Source: Tricharina praecox
Taxonomy: Eukaryota
Assembly (NCBI RefSeq): GCF_024521635.1
Contig: NW_026250436.1
Coordinates: 124,001-188,000 of the forward strand
Length of the DNA: 64,000 nt
Direction: 5' to 3'
The position numbers were made by a program, and so were the translations under genes. Positions 1 to 13,185 of this stretch are shown piece after piece (positions within the stretch are counted from its first letter, which is position 1; each line of letters starts with the position of its first letter). The notes under the pieces are model-generated. The model was given only the letters and a program-made list of their open reading frames with translations, did not search any database and was not told the origin of the DNA.

Positions 1-3000
1 TGTTTCCGGTTTGCGATAGGTATGTAGGTATCGGCCGACCGACCCTGAGAACACGCCGGGACCGCAGGCAGAGGCAGGAAGCAGGAAGCAGCGCGAAGCG
101 ATCAGGACCACGACCAGGACCACGACCAGGACCACGACCAGGACCAGGACCGAGACCGGGAGCGGAAGCTCGCCCTCCCAACGCGGCCGGGGGGTCGGCG
201 GGTGGCTTGGGCTTGGGCTTGGGCTTAGCAGCAGGGCAAAAGTCTTCTCGATCATTCCCGCACGTCTGGATTCGTCCCCGGAATCAGGATTCATCTTTCG
301 CCAGCCAGCGACGTGCTATATGCGTACTGCGTGCAGCGCGATGACGATGAGCATTCATCTTCACCTTTCTACAGATACTATTTTACGCTGCGCTGTACAT
401 AGTACAGTGTACATATTGCATCCTGCTTCGCGAACCACGAGTGAGGAGAGGGAGGGGGACGAGGACGGGGTGGGATGAATGAGTGGACAGCCAGTCCTGC
501 CTGCCAGTCCTGCCAGTCCTGCAGGGAGGACCAGAAGCATCATCCACCCACTCATCCATTCAAACCAGCCAATCCACCCATCACGGTGGGTGTGGGAGGA
601 AGTGCGATACCTCTTCTCTTCCCACCGCGTCCCGCAGGCCCCTCCACCCGCCCCCCGCCCCGCCGTGCCCCGCAAAGCAAAAAAACGTACGTACATATGT
701 ATGTACGCATGTACTGTACATGCTGCAGCGCCATGCCATGCCGGCCATGCCATGCCGTGCCATGCGTTTTGCTCGTGTCCGAGGACGTAGACGTACCTAT
801 CAAGGAGGCGTATGTATAGTGTACCGTACACATGTGCGTCAACCATCTCCATCCCCCGCCCCGCCCCCTGACCCCCGGTCCAGCACAGAACCGTGAGGAG
901 TGCAGCAGCAGCAGCAGTGCGGGGAAACCGAAAGACGCAGCTCGCAGCTCTTCACGTCTCTCCGCGATGGATGGATGGATGGATGGACGGCTCTGGTAAC
1001 CAACCACGGATGCAGTGTCCATCATCCCCCAGGCCCCCCGGAGGCCCGGTCTGGCCATCATGATTTCATGATATCGCCTGCCACTCGTATCAGATGGCGA
1101 TACCTATACCTAGTAGGCTGGCTGGCTGGCTGACTGACTGACTGGATGGATATACTTATCTATCTATCTATCTATGGCGTCCGTCTGGGGATTTATTCCG
1201 TTTGGTTTCTTTGCATGTGCGCGGTGATTATGGTGGATATGGAGGTGGAGGTGGTGGTGACGGTGGTGGTGGTGTGGACGCAATATCCAGATCCTGTCAG
1301 CGAAACGAAACAAGCGGGCCAATGATAAGGATGCGCCGCCGTTCCGTCGCAGGAAAAGAAAAGCGAAGCTGCCGTGAACGGAAGGAAAAGAAAACAAAAC
1401 AAAAAGAAAGAAAGAAAGAAGGAAAAAAAAAACTGGAAATCATTTATTTGAAGTTGCTATCGGCGCGCTGTACACTCTAACTCTCTAACTGCTATGATAG
1501 AGCAGGGAGGAGATATCCGTTATTGGTTCGTTGTTCCTTCCTTCGTTCGTTCTTGCATTTGTTGCATTTGTTGCGTTCGTTTCCCTCGCTCGCTCGGCCG
1601 CGGCGGCGGGCATGTAATCGCGCGCGCGGTCGAAATATCTGGCATCTGCCTGGGTATGGTAGATAGAGGGGGAAGTGGATTTGCGCCGAATAGAGTAGAT
1701 TGCATTGCATGCTCGCACCTGCTCAGCTCATCATCATCATCCTCATCATCGCTTCGGGCGATATCTACACACATTCGATCACGCGCAAAATAATAATATA
1801 GACTTCCGATATTCGACATTCGATATCACGACATCAATTCTTGGTATTGTTTTATGTATTACCGGTTGTATTATTAATCGAATCGAATCATGAATGGCGC
1901 ATGGCATCACCACCACCACCACCACAACGGAGTGTAGAGAAAGAAAGGGAACTTCGCCGTCCAGCCACCACCCAACCAACCTCCCACCCGCCTGCGGCGT
2001 GCGGCGTGTTGTACATACAAACCACAGCTGACACCGCATCCCAGCCCTGACCCTGATCCGAGCGGGTGATATCTTATGATCACCTGTCGATATCATCTCA
2101 CCGTATGCACATACTAGATACTATTAGTACTAGCAGCTATGCACAGAATCGAATCCCTGCGCTAATCAATCGTCCCCTCCCTTTCACCGTGTGCGAGTAC
2201 GTATCTGGTTGAAATAGTACCAACCAAACGCCAGCGCCGTATCGCGGCAGCGCAGCGCTATCTCTATCGCGATTCTTGGACGAGCACTACGGGTCGAAGC
2301 CTCAGTCTACATACTTTGACGACGCCGACGACGATGACTCGTTGCTGGCGTGCTTGCTTGTTTTCTTTTCTTTGCTTTCTTTTCGTTGCGCGAACGAGCG
2401 AACGGGAGAGCGAATGAGAACCACCGGCCGGCTGGCTGGCCGGACAGAGTACAATACTCTACATTGAGTAGAGTACTACTATATGTAGATATCTATGTAA
2501 CTCTAGGCCCGCCACCGCTATCTTGATTCTCGGGTGCTACCGGAGCGGAGTGCTGAGTCTGACAGGTGAAACTTGTAACTACGGGTTGAAACTACTGTTG
2601 TTGAGGATATGGAGGATATGGAGGATATGGAGGATATGGAGGACCTGTGCATAGATACTTCTGTATGTACCTATGTACCAATTTTATGTAGGTATGTAGT
2701 CATGTAGTTATGTATGTGTGTATGTGTATGTGAGTGTATGAAGCATGTGTGTATGTGTATGTAGGGCGCACTACTATTTTCGGCGGCGGTGGTGCGCCAG
2801 TGACATTAGACAGTAGAGTCTAGAAAGTGGACGGACGGATGTACCTATGTAGACCACTACATACCACCATGTATGTAGATACTAGATATTCCACCCCCAG
2901 CACGCTTGCAGCTTACATACGACACGAGTACCGGTATATACCGGTATCTGTTCTCGCATCACCAGCAGCACCACGCAGCCACCGCATCCGCCACTGCAGT

Positions 3001-5343
3001 CACTCGATGCTCATCCCTCCGCACTCCGCACTCCGCACTCTGCACTCCGGCTCCCCGTGGGGCTGGTCTTAGCTCGCCCCCGTCCCCGGAGTAACTGGCG
3101 AATGATGACTGGCGATGGATGACTAGTAGCTACTCTAGTATCTAGCAGATCCAGTCGTTTGCTGTTATCTCTGCTCACACCGCACTGCCGCCCAGGTGGG
3201 AGGGATATAGAGTATCATGCTTCCCCCATCCACGCATCCCTCCCCCATCCCCTCCTCCACGCATCCCTCCATCCACCAGATACGTACGCACGTACTGTTT
3301 TTTTTTTCTCTTTTTTTCTCTTCCGCTTTCTTGCGCTTTCTTCTTTCCTTTTCGTTTTCGTTGTCGTTTTCCGTTCCGTTCAATTTCGTTCAGTTTCGTT
3401 TGCAGCCCCTCCTTCCTCCTGACTGACCGAGAGTCTGAGACCTACCCACTACTCCGATATATGTATCATACATACATGAAGTAGAGACTGGCCCACTTGC
3501 CCACTTGCCCGCTTGACCACTCAGCTGCCGTGTAGGTGCTTGCGTGATATCGCTGGTGAATTGCCGATACATCCACTACGGTACTTACACTACCTACCAA
3601 ACATAGGGCAGGGCGGATGTATGGCTGTACGGCTGTTTGGCTGTATGGATGTATGGATATATGTCTGGGGCGGTGTATGTCTGGGGGTGTGGAGAAGTAT
3701 CCGGCTCCGCGAAAAGACGAGATGTGATGTGATGTGATACGACACGGGGGCGGGGAAATAAGATCTCGCTCTGTCGATGGGGCGGTAAACGAAGTGGAAG
3801 TTGAAGCCAAATGGGAGTGTCATACAGCAGCAGTAAAGTAGAGTAGAGTACTTGCGATTCGGCTTGACGATGAGAACGGCTCGAGCTTTACGGAGATGAA
3901 TACTCGCTCGCTCGCTCGCGATGGACGGAGCGGAAATTCACGTGTTCTTCTAGCGCCGGGAGGCACAGCACAGCACCATGTGCCGTTTCGTTTCATTTCA
4001 TCACTTTTCATTTTATGCGGTGAGGCCAGCAGGCAGTGCTCATCTCATCACATCACATCACATCTCGGGAAAAAGACGGTGGTGGGTGGTGGAGGTGGGC
4101 CATCTACTCGATCACTCTCCCCGATCCCGCGATGTCTATAGGAATCCTCGATTCCCCTCGCCAGGACCGAAACCCTCAAAAGGTCTTCGAGGGCTGTAAT
4201 GACGTTGGGCCCGCGGACGGAGCGACGGAGGGACGGAGGGAAAGGGGGTATAGAGCTGAAATGGGAGGGACCGAGGGTGTGCCTATAAGAATACCAGTGG
4301 TTCATCGCCCGGTTTGAAATGTTTCTTTCTTCTCTCTTCCTCTCGCGCAAAACGTTCCTGAGAGAGAAGCAGGATCGCTGTGAAAATCGCTGCCGGATAT
4401 CAGCCCACCCACACACAACCCACAACCCAGCCCAGCCTGGTCCGGACCCGCCACCATGCCGATATGTTCCGACCGTTCCGATAGATGCCGCCGCCGCCAC
4501 CCCTCCCCCACATGACATGATGGAAAGATATCCTGACCCTGCACACGGAGACTCACTCGGCCGTTCTGCGCCCGGAATCCCCCGACTCAGAAGCCCCCGT
4601 CTTGTGCCATCGTGGACACGGATTCCTTTCCTGGTCTGGCGGTGGTCGACTCCGGTGGGAACGGGGAAGATCGGTGTTTTTTTTGGGACGGGTGGGGTTG
4701 GCGGACTGGTGACATGGGGTGAAGGGAAGAAGGCTGGACAGCTGGGAAGGGGCGGGCCGGGGGCCGGAATGAGGCGCGGAGGGCTGAGCGAAAAGGAATG
4801 GGTGCATGTATGCATGCGTGTGGGGATGGGATGGAGTGATGCGTCGAGTGGGAGGCGGTGATGCGGTGGACTCCGAACTGGATGGATTGATGGATGGACG
4901 GATGGGATGAGTGGGATGCTTGTCGGATTGTCCGTTCCGTTCGCATCGATTCCTACGGACGTTGCCCAATTCGCCGCCGCCTTTGCATGCCTGACGACGG
5001 GATCGAAAAACATTGCCGCTTTTGAGGAGATCGATGTCGTCTGTCGTCTATCGCTCGCAGGACGGGCGTCCGTGGACGGAACGGGATACCATAGGGACAG
5101 ATCGATCGTGACCGGATCAAACCAAACCAAACCGGTACAGTCCGCTACTGCTTCCGGAGGAGTACAATCGATTTCCGTGACGATCCGCAATTCGTGTCCG
5201 TGTCCGTTCTCCGTCGAGTGACCAGCAGTGCGTGACAACACATCCATCGTAGGCCGGGGTAAGGAGCGTAAAGCCACTTTTTACGTACAACGCCGAGCCG
5301 GAGCGACGGTCGAGTCTCAACGGCCACTCGATCCCGATCGAGG

Positions 5344-5941
5344 TTAAGCGACAGATCCGGTCAGAACTGGTGCAACGAACAAAAACCTGCTTGAAGGTTA
5401 GTTCATAGATGAGCTCGTTGATCGCGCAGGACGAACGGGAGATCAGCGGGGAGGAACGCTTGACGGGAAACGGCTGATTTTTGAGTGAGATTCCATGACC
5501 ATGTGCGCATCAATGCGGATGTCGTGCTAACCGGCTTTGCACATACCTAAAAAAGTCAAAAAAATCGTGGCAAGAAATCGAGGGATAAGGAAGGCGTCGT
5601 CGGGATCCACTCTTGTAAGACATGAAAGCGTAAACCTCGGAGGTCCGTATGCATGCGGAATAGGTATTATACATACTCTATTCCTGAGCTTTCTGCTGTT
5701 GCCGTAGATCCCGATAGCGATAGTCAGCCATGACGACCGCCATGACGCGCCCACCGCCCACCGACCGCCCACCGCCGTCGACCACCAGCTTGGACATTGC
5801 ACTTTCCAGCCCAGTCTGCCGGTATCCATTGGCACGCATTGTTTTTTTCTTTCTTGATCGACTTTCCACTCTCCAGCCGGCGCCGCCGACTTCGGCACAC
5901 ACCCTGAACGTCGACCCTTACATAGATGCGGTCGGTGACAT
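5344..5941 (-). CDS. Predicted 4-exon 48-aa microprotein (MSPTASIRKLRNRSGSRRRLPYPSISCHDFFDFFRFLFVAPVLTGSVA)
   Basis: ATG at 5941 in GCCGCCATG context. Exons 5941-5922, 5695-5677, 5611-5547, 5386-5344. Introns GTAAGG..GCTGAC..CAG, GTATGT..AAG (65 nt, weak branch site) and GTATGT..ACTAAC..CAG. The phases join to 147 nt ending in TAA. CT-rich tract upstream at ~6255-6285 on the minus strand. Confidence 0.6.
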
Positions 5942-8900
5942 GGCGGCGCAGAAAAAGCCGGACTCGGGCCACTCTGATTCCCTTGGCTCTGGGAGATCGT
6001 CGACGGACCAGCAGGCGATCCTACGTACCAGCGTCCCGCCCCCAAAACCTGCCGATCTAGGGCGGTGAGATGAACGTGTGTGTTGTGTGTTGTGTGAGCT
6101 CGAAAAGCCCTGGAAGTTGAGTGATCGGCTGTGTCGATCGGACCCTGGATCGTCTGTCGGCCATGAACTCAATAATATCAATAATATTCCCAAATGGACT
6201 GGGAAATGTCAAACTCGACTGCGATAATAATTTCGAAAAACCCGAATCGGGGGGAGAGCGAGAGAAAGAGAGAGGGGGGGCGGGCTGGTAAGACAGGAAT
6301 TCGTTTTTTGTACACGCCACCATCACCACCACCACAAGGAGTCGCAGCATTACTCTTACGTAGCAGGGAAGGGAGAATGTGGTGCATCTTTCGATTCAGC
6401 ACCTGGTGCGACACCACTCGGCGGCGGCGTCGCTTCGAGACAGAGTTGCTTCGAGCTCGCTCAACTCAGGCTGTATGATCGTATCGAGGCCAGCGGAAAC
6501 GGAAACTTGCTTCGGCCCACAATAAGTTGGTTAGCAGCCCACAACCACAAAAAAAACACAACGATCTGGACCCTGACAATATACTCGCTCAAGTACTTGT
6601 GGTGGGAGGCGTCGAGATGTTCGCTGAGTGGCACCGTAGACACCTCCGATCCTGCCCGGAAGCGGCCTGGCCTGGCCGGATGGCTAAGCTGATCCGTGAG
6701 CGCGATAGTTGGCTACTCTAGAGTAGGTAGTCGAGCGCAGCGTCCAACTTCGATTGCTATGGCGCGACCGATCAGCAGCGACTCCCTCCCTCAATCCCGC
6801 CTTGGCTGTGAAGTGTGAATGCTCCTGGGAAATAAAAAGGCTGAGAGACGAAAATGGCTCCGTCTGGCTGGGCTTCCGAATCCTCGAATCTTGTTGTCTC
6901 GATATCTCGTGTTGTACGTGAGAACGCGCGTCTAGCCAAGGTGCTGTGCCGGTGCTGGCGATGTTGATGTTGCGGTGTCGCTGGTTATGATGATGGCGGT
7001 GGTGGTGATGGTGCTGGAATTTGCTAATACTTACTTTGCCCTCCATCTAGGCCAGAACCCCACACTGCCAAATCATCTGCGGATCCGGGCAGACAGCAGA
7101 TAGCAGACAGCAGGCTGGGCTGCAGGCAGAGTCTTCGTGCAGCGGAACACGGCCGCCAGCCGCCAGAGTGATGCCTTATGCGTGTAGCTGCAGGCGGCGG
7201 GGCACGCCACTCTATGCACGTGCTTGAACGGGTGCCTGAGAGGAGTGAGGAGGAGGAGGCCCGAGGCAATGGCTGGTTGGAACGAGAGTCTCCGATGTGT
7301 GGAGTCGCTTGTCAGTGGGTAGTGGGTATCTAGCGAGTAGTGGCCACGGGGGCTCCGCTATAGGTGGCTGCGGCTGCGCAAGGCTGATTGTGAGTGCAGG
7401 TCTGATACGTAAGTGGTAACCTCCCCACGGACGGCTGGATGGTCGTGTTGGCCCAGACTGCGGCTTACATATGAACAACCGCGGAAAAGCCGGTGCCAGT
7501 AACGCCACTGCGGAGATGGGGCTGCGGTGACGAATCCTGCATGTGGAGTCTGGACGGCTGGGACCGAGTGCTGACAAGCTATTAGGAGATTCAATCATGT
7601 ACATACAATGTACATAGAATACTTCTCTTCTTATGCACTGATTTGGGAGTGTGCTGAGCTTGGATGGGATATGTATGTGCAAATTTTCGCATTGGTGGAT
7701 ACACCGCCGCCTGTTTTGGTTTGATCAGCGAGTGCTTGCGCCCCATCAGATCATGACAATGTACTCACACACTCCGTCTGCTTGTCCACTGTTCAACCCA
7801 ACTTCCATCAGCCGGCCAGACGCGGCGTCCCCTTCCCGCCGCCCTGGCCTTTCCTCGGAGATACATACCTACATGTAGAGGGTAGGAAGCACCACCTCCA
7901 AGCGTCGAGAGTAGCTCGCCGTCGTGTTCAAAGAGTGATGTGTCCTGATGGCATCAACATTTCTGGCAAGAGCAGCTCATCACTGTGTGCAAAGAGTGAT
8001 GTGTTGTGACGCCATCAGCATTCCTGCTAAGATCCCAAAGCCCCATCAGTCAAGCCGCAGGCTCAAAGATTGTTCCCAGTCACTCGGCATCGATGGCGCA
8101 GGAATTTGTACGTCTGCTCGTGGTTAGTAAAACGGCTAGAATTTGGATCTTTTTTGTCTGGCCTTAACGCCTACTCCAGAGTCCACCGTCCCGCCGACGA
8201 CATTCCGGCTCTTTGCTACCCTGGTAGCCCAGGAATGCGGGCAGAGAAAACCCGACTGCCATGATCAACAGGTACCTACAGTCCATACCTAGGTCTCCCG
8301 GTCCGGCGCCATCGTCGTCACTGGTTAGCAAATTCAGGATTATACTAGTGCTCGTACCTACTAATGCAATTCCTTTTCAGGCTGAGAAGTTAGAACGTGA
8401 ACTGGCCTAGCGAGGCTCCTCGAATGTTCGACTTGGGTTTTCGAGTGACGGGCACCATAGGTACCTCTTTGATGTACCACGCACCCCCGGAATGGTGTCT
8501 TCGCGGGTAAAGCTCTGGCATCTATGATACCCGTCGTGCTATTTAGTATTATTCTCAGGTGAATGTACATTTGGAGGGCTGCTGTGCACCCGTACTAGGT
8601 ATCCTAAAGAGTAGTCCCGCCGAAAAGTAAAGAGGGCCTGTAGGCTGTCAACTCCGACTCTGAAGTTCTGCACGGTGATTGACGTCGACATGGCTGGCGC
8701 TGTAGAATGCCGAGCTGGAAACGCCGTGCCGTACCGAAGGCCATTATGAGATCAGCGAACAAGTCCTATCGATGGATGAAGAGTGACAAGTACCTTTCGC
8801 GATCGTGCTGAACTTACAGCACACCCACAAATCCACCGGGATATCGATCAACGTGGAATGACAACATTGTTGGGATGATAGTAATTCTCCATGACGAGCA

Positions 8901-9159
8901 AGATTTCATGATGCGTGGTCCATACGTAATTTCTGGTTGCATGAGTTGCTGCCTACACACCGCCTAGCGGCTGTGGGATTCGGTAAATACACGGCCATGC
9001 TGTTTGGCTACAGCCAAAGCTGAGGCACCGGCGTACATACCGTTACCAAATCTCGTCCAAACTGTAGCCTGACGGGGCCATGAATATGTAGACTTGTTTG
9101 GCGCGCAGGATACCGAGACTGCCAATCCGTGTTGTGTTTCTCAATCCTCTGCGCTTTTA

Positions 9160-9650
9160 GTGATGTATGCGTATGTTCGCCGACGAGCAGTGCAGTGAGG
9201 CAATCCTAGAGTTTCTGGGAACGACGGATGTAAGGAGGAAAGCTCCAGCAGACCTGGCCGAGGATGAGGGGGAGGCAAGCATCGCATCGGGGGCAGAGCA
9301 AGAGTGCCCAGCAGGGTACTGTGTCTGCGGCCGGTGCCAGGAAGTAGGAGATGACGATATGCGGTGATATCTTCTTGGAGCGGAAAAGGCGGAAGACAGG
9401 GAGAGAGGCGGGGGGCAGCAGGAGGAGCGGGCATGTGGGCCCATACCAGTCTTTACTGTCAATACACTTTTTGCTTGTGTCGGCCCGAGGCGGATGGGCA
9501 GGGGAAGTGGGGCGCCGCATCGGACTGGTCAGTACCGGGGCTTTCACCTCGACTGGCCAGGGCGGACAGGAAACGGAGGTCGTGGGCGCGCCATAGTCTA
9601 GATAGGCTGCATGCGAAATAAAACAGGAAGATCTCTCTCTCTCTCTTTCT
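9160..9650 (+). mobile_element. Degraded non-LTR retrotransposon (Tad/LINE-like) 3' end
   Basis: Translates FADEQCSEAILEFLGTTDVRRK, resembling from memory the C-terminal motif of fungal LINE ORF2. Ends with ATGCGAAATAAAA (9611-9623) and a (TC)n tail. The same terminus occurs at 27351-27363. Confidence 0.6.
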
Positions 9651-10888
9651 GAGCCTGGACGTTGGGGACGGTCCATCCCATCGTGTCCATATATAATACT
9701 AACAGTGAGGCCTTTTGGGAACTATCGTAATGCATGTGTCCTTGAGAAGAAGACCGATAATGCGATCGGGCATCTTTGAGTAGTCATTGGCTACCTATGA
9801 GCGCCGCAAACATGGCTAACGTGGCTATAGCCTGGGCGTTGCAGTTCAATATTAGCAACCTCCTCATGCTGGTTAGTGATATCTGTACTGGAGTGACGCA
9901 CGACGGGGGGAGGCTTTCAAGGTACCATGGGGAACAAGCGAGATTGTTTGCGGCGATGATCGCGATGACAGGTAGGTACCGTAGGAGCAAAACGAGCGAA
10001 CGAGCCACAGCTTCACAGGATGTCACTTGCGCAGCCGAGATTTCTGCTGGGGATGGGTTCTTGACGACACTGGGAGCCACCTTGGTGGACCTAGACGTAG
10101 CCCGACGGTCTTGGACTGTCTGCGCAAAAGATGTTAGTGATAGTGCTCAGAGCGGCGGATGAGGAGGAGGCGGTCAGCGCACAGTCCGGGCTTGTAGACG
10201 GCTCCTTTGCCAACACCCCTCCAGGCTGGCGGCGGGTTGAGAGGAGAGCACATATAGAAGAAAGAGGAGGTAGAGGTTGATCAAAAAAGAAGAGGAAGAA
10301 GAAACCCCGCGGGACGCAGCTGAAGTCTCACCTCCCCACTTGGTCGACCCCACCATGCCCACCAACGTTGAGACCCACTAACTACTAACCACATTCGTTT
10401 TCTCCCGCCGGCAGGAGTACTCCTTCACCTCCTTCTCTCGCCGGCAGCTCCTCCATCACTCCGCCACACCGGGATGGACGCCGGAGACTGTGTAGCCCTA
10501 CGTGTAGGATATTGGTGAGTTCTGGACTGGTAGATCGGGAGGAGGTGAAGGGGTTGGGGAGAGTGGGGGTGGATTGGCCGACTTCACGATCTCCTCCAGA
10601 AGTGTTCCCATCATCCAGCAGCGCAGTTGTACTACGTGTCAAGCAAAGGCCAACCATAGCGAACGAAGCACGCCACAGCCATAACTACAGTCCCACCCGC
10701 CGTCCACCGCAGCGAACCGCCCGCTGCCTGCAGCCCACCACAGTTGCCATGATTCCAAGTCGCGAGTGATGCCCCATGCTTCGCTAGCGTATCCAGCCCA
10801 TTCCCTTCTGCCCCTCAACCGTTCCGCGAGCTCGATTCAGATTTAGATATTACACTTGCACTTTTTTCTTTGTCCGTAACTACAGCTC

Positions 10889-11711
10889 ATGTTTGCACCT
10901 GCGCCCGGCAGCATGTCCCATGAACTCAAGACCTACCAGCGACTCCCCGCCTCCTGCGCTCCCTTCCGGTGCATACCTCGCACGGACATGGAGACGACCA
11001 CCACCAACATCACGACCACCACCGCCGCCGCCACCGTCGCGATCACCACTCCTCCTCCTCCCGCGCGGTCGAAGACGACGCAGTTTGCGGCCATCGCGTC
11101 GCTTGCGTCGCCGCACTCGAGCTCGATCGACTACCTGGAGGTGCACTACTTCACCGCGGGCGCCGAACCACGCACGCACCTGTTCACGTGGAACTCGAAG
11201 AAGCCGGCCACAGCGGCCGAGAAGTACGAGGAGCTCCTGCTGTGGGCGGGGAGGTACAGGGTGCCCAAGACGATCATGTACAGGACCGAGAAGGGACCGT
11301 GGGGCAAGTTCGACCGAGAGGCGTTCGAGACGTTTAAGCAGACGGGGAAGAGGAAGTTGTGGTGTCGTGTGCAGGTGAGTTATGCGAAGGAGAGAGGGGG
11401 GGCGGGAGGGGGCTAAGGGGGCTGACGGGAGGGTGATACGCAGGAATGTGAGAAGGTGCCTGTGCAGAGCTGGGTGCTGGTCTCGGCGGCGGTGGGTAAT
11501 ATGATGGTTTGGGGAGGAACACTGGCGGGTGTCGTGCCGGAGGTAGTGATCGGAGTGATGCCGAGTGAGTTACTTCCGGATCGGACACCGGAGGGCCGAG
11601 AGCTGACGGATTGACTGATGTGTACCAGTGATGTCGGTCAATCTTCTACTGCTAGTTGTGGCGTGGTGGTTCATCGCGATGGATCGTCATCATAGCCGCT
11701 CGATCAAGTAG
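10889..11711 (+). CDS. Hypothetical ~229-aa protein with two C-terminal hydrophobic segments, 3 exons
   Basis: Exons 10889-11374, 11444-11564, 11629-11711. Both introns are GTGAGT..CTGAC/CTGAT..CAG and phase-compatible. Spliced C-terminus reads SWVLVSAAVGNMMVWGGTLAGVVPEVVIGVMPMMSVNLLLLVVAWWFIAMDRHHSRSIK*. The start may instead be 10913. Confidence 0.7.
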
Positions 11712-13102
11712 CGGCGGGATTCGGGAGTATATACGTATGATACATTTGCGGAAGCGGAATGCGATTTTTTTTTCTTCTGGCTGGCGGTCTCTCCATGTTC
11801 CCACGTCATTTCTTTATGCTCAGCATCCGCCGGTTTTCTGCGAATGCGGAATGCGGGATACCGGTGGTATAGACAATGCATTGGATCGATACACAATCTT
11901 ATCATATCTTCCACGATCCATCTAATCTTACGTCACATGTGCACCCCAAAAATAACCATTTTGCTGCCCGGCGGCGCCCGCCGCCCGCCGTCCGGTAACT
12001 ACGGCGGTAAGTTACGGCGGTACAAGGCGTTGTGGCGCAGGAGCGCGACTTATGTAATGCATAGATCGATGGTAAATCGTGACATGATATGTACCTTTGC
12101 GTGCCTAGATTATTCCATGCTGACTGTCGATGACAGCAGAAGCCTACGCTCATGCGCGATGCGATGCGGCTGTGCGGCCAGTATGGTAATGTCGATGTCA
12201 ACGGCCGGTCGGCGGTCGGTTGAATTTCGGGCACAGTTGTACGGCACATACGGATATATGGACTCCTGCCAGCATTGACGGCGGTCAAGTATGTTCGTAT
12301 GGTACTTGCGCCGACTGTGGCGTTCGGGTGGGGATGTACATAGGGTACATGGCGTACAAGCGAAGAGTAAATCTCGAGCAGCCATCCCGAGCACTTACAT
12401 AGCAGCACTGTCGCTTACAACTTACAGCTGCAGGCGTTGTCGGCGGTCGGCGGTCGCATGAAAGCGAGGAGCTGTCATGTCAGCCTGCGCAAGTGAATCG
12501 CCGTATGGATGGATGGATGAATGCATGTACCGTATCATTCTTCGCCCAACCACGACCATGACCATGACTCCCGTGTGCGTGTGCGTGTGCGGCGCATGGC
12601 TGGAGCATGTATGTATGTCGAGTACATACATCTTACTTACATACTCCAGAGTACACAAGTACCGCCTACCATACCTCAGCTCACCCGTCCCGCTGCGCAG
12701 CTGCTACAGCATGACCTCAGTACATGTAGTAATCGGCGGTGGCATGCGGCCAACTACGGCGAGTTGAACCGATACCGTAGACTGAGTGTCGAATCGCGAA
12801 GCCGACCAACGGCATCAGTCAATTGCGCTCTCCACGCGACGTCAGCCGCAACCGGCGTCTGCAGCTGCCGCGGGGTCTTCTACCTACCATATCGGTCCTC
12901 GCCGGTCCTCGCCAGTTACGGGGCTCCGCGGATTCTGATCTGTTCTGTTCTCGCCGGTTCCCCGCCCTTCCCCCGCGCGCGGCCACTTATGATACCGAAC
13001 GAGCCCAGCCCAGCCCGAGCTTAGGCCGAGCGCAGCGCCTGCGATTGGTCTGCAGTCTGGGGTTGAGTCGGGGTCTGGGTTCAAGTCTGGGTCTGAGTGC
13101 AA

Positions 13103-13185
13103 GTCTGAGTCGGAAGGCTGAGCCCATGTCTGAGTCGGAAGGCTGAGCCCAGGTCTGAGTATCAATCTGAGTCGGAAGGCTGGCC
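13103..13185. repeat. 25-bp minisatellite GTCTGAGTCGGAAGGCTGAGCCCA(T/G)
   Basis: Two near-identical units from 13103 plus partial or degenerate copies. Confidence 0.8.

Noticed and set aside
4048..5277. 409-aa minus-strand ORF
   Set aside because: Non-ATG start, composition driven by simple repeats, and no domain. It is more likely UTR of the microprotein transcript.
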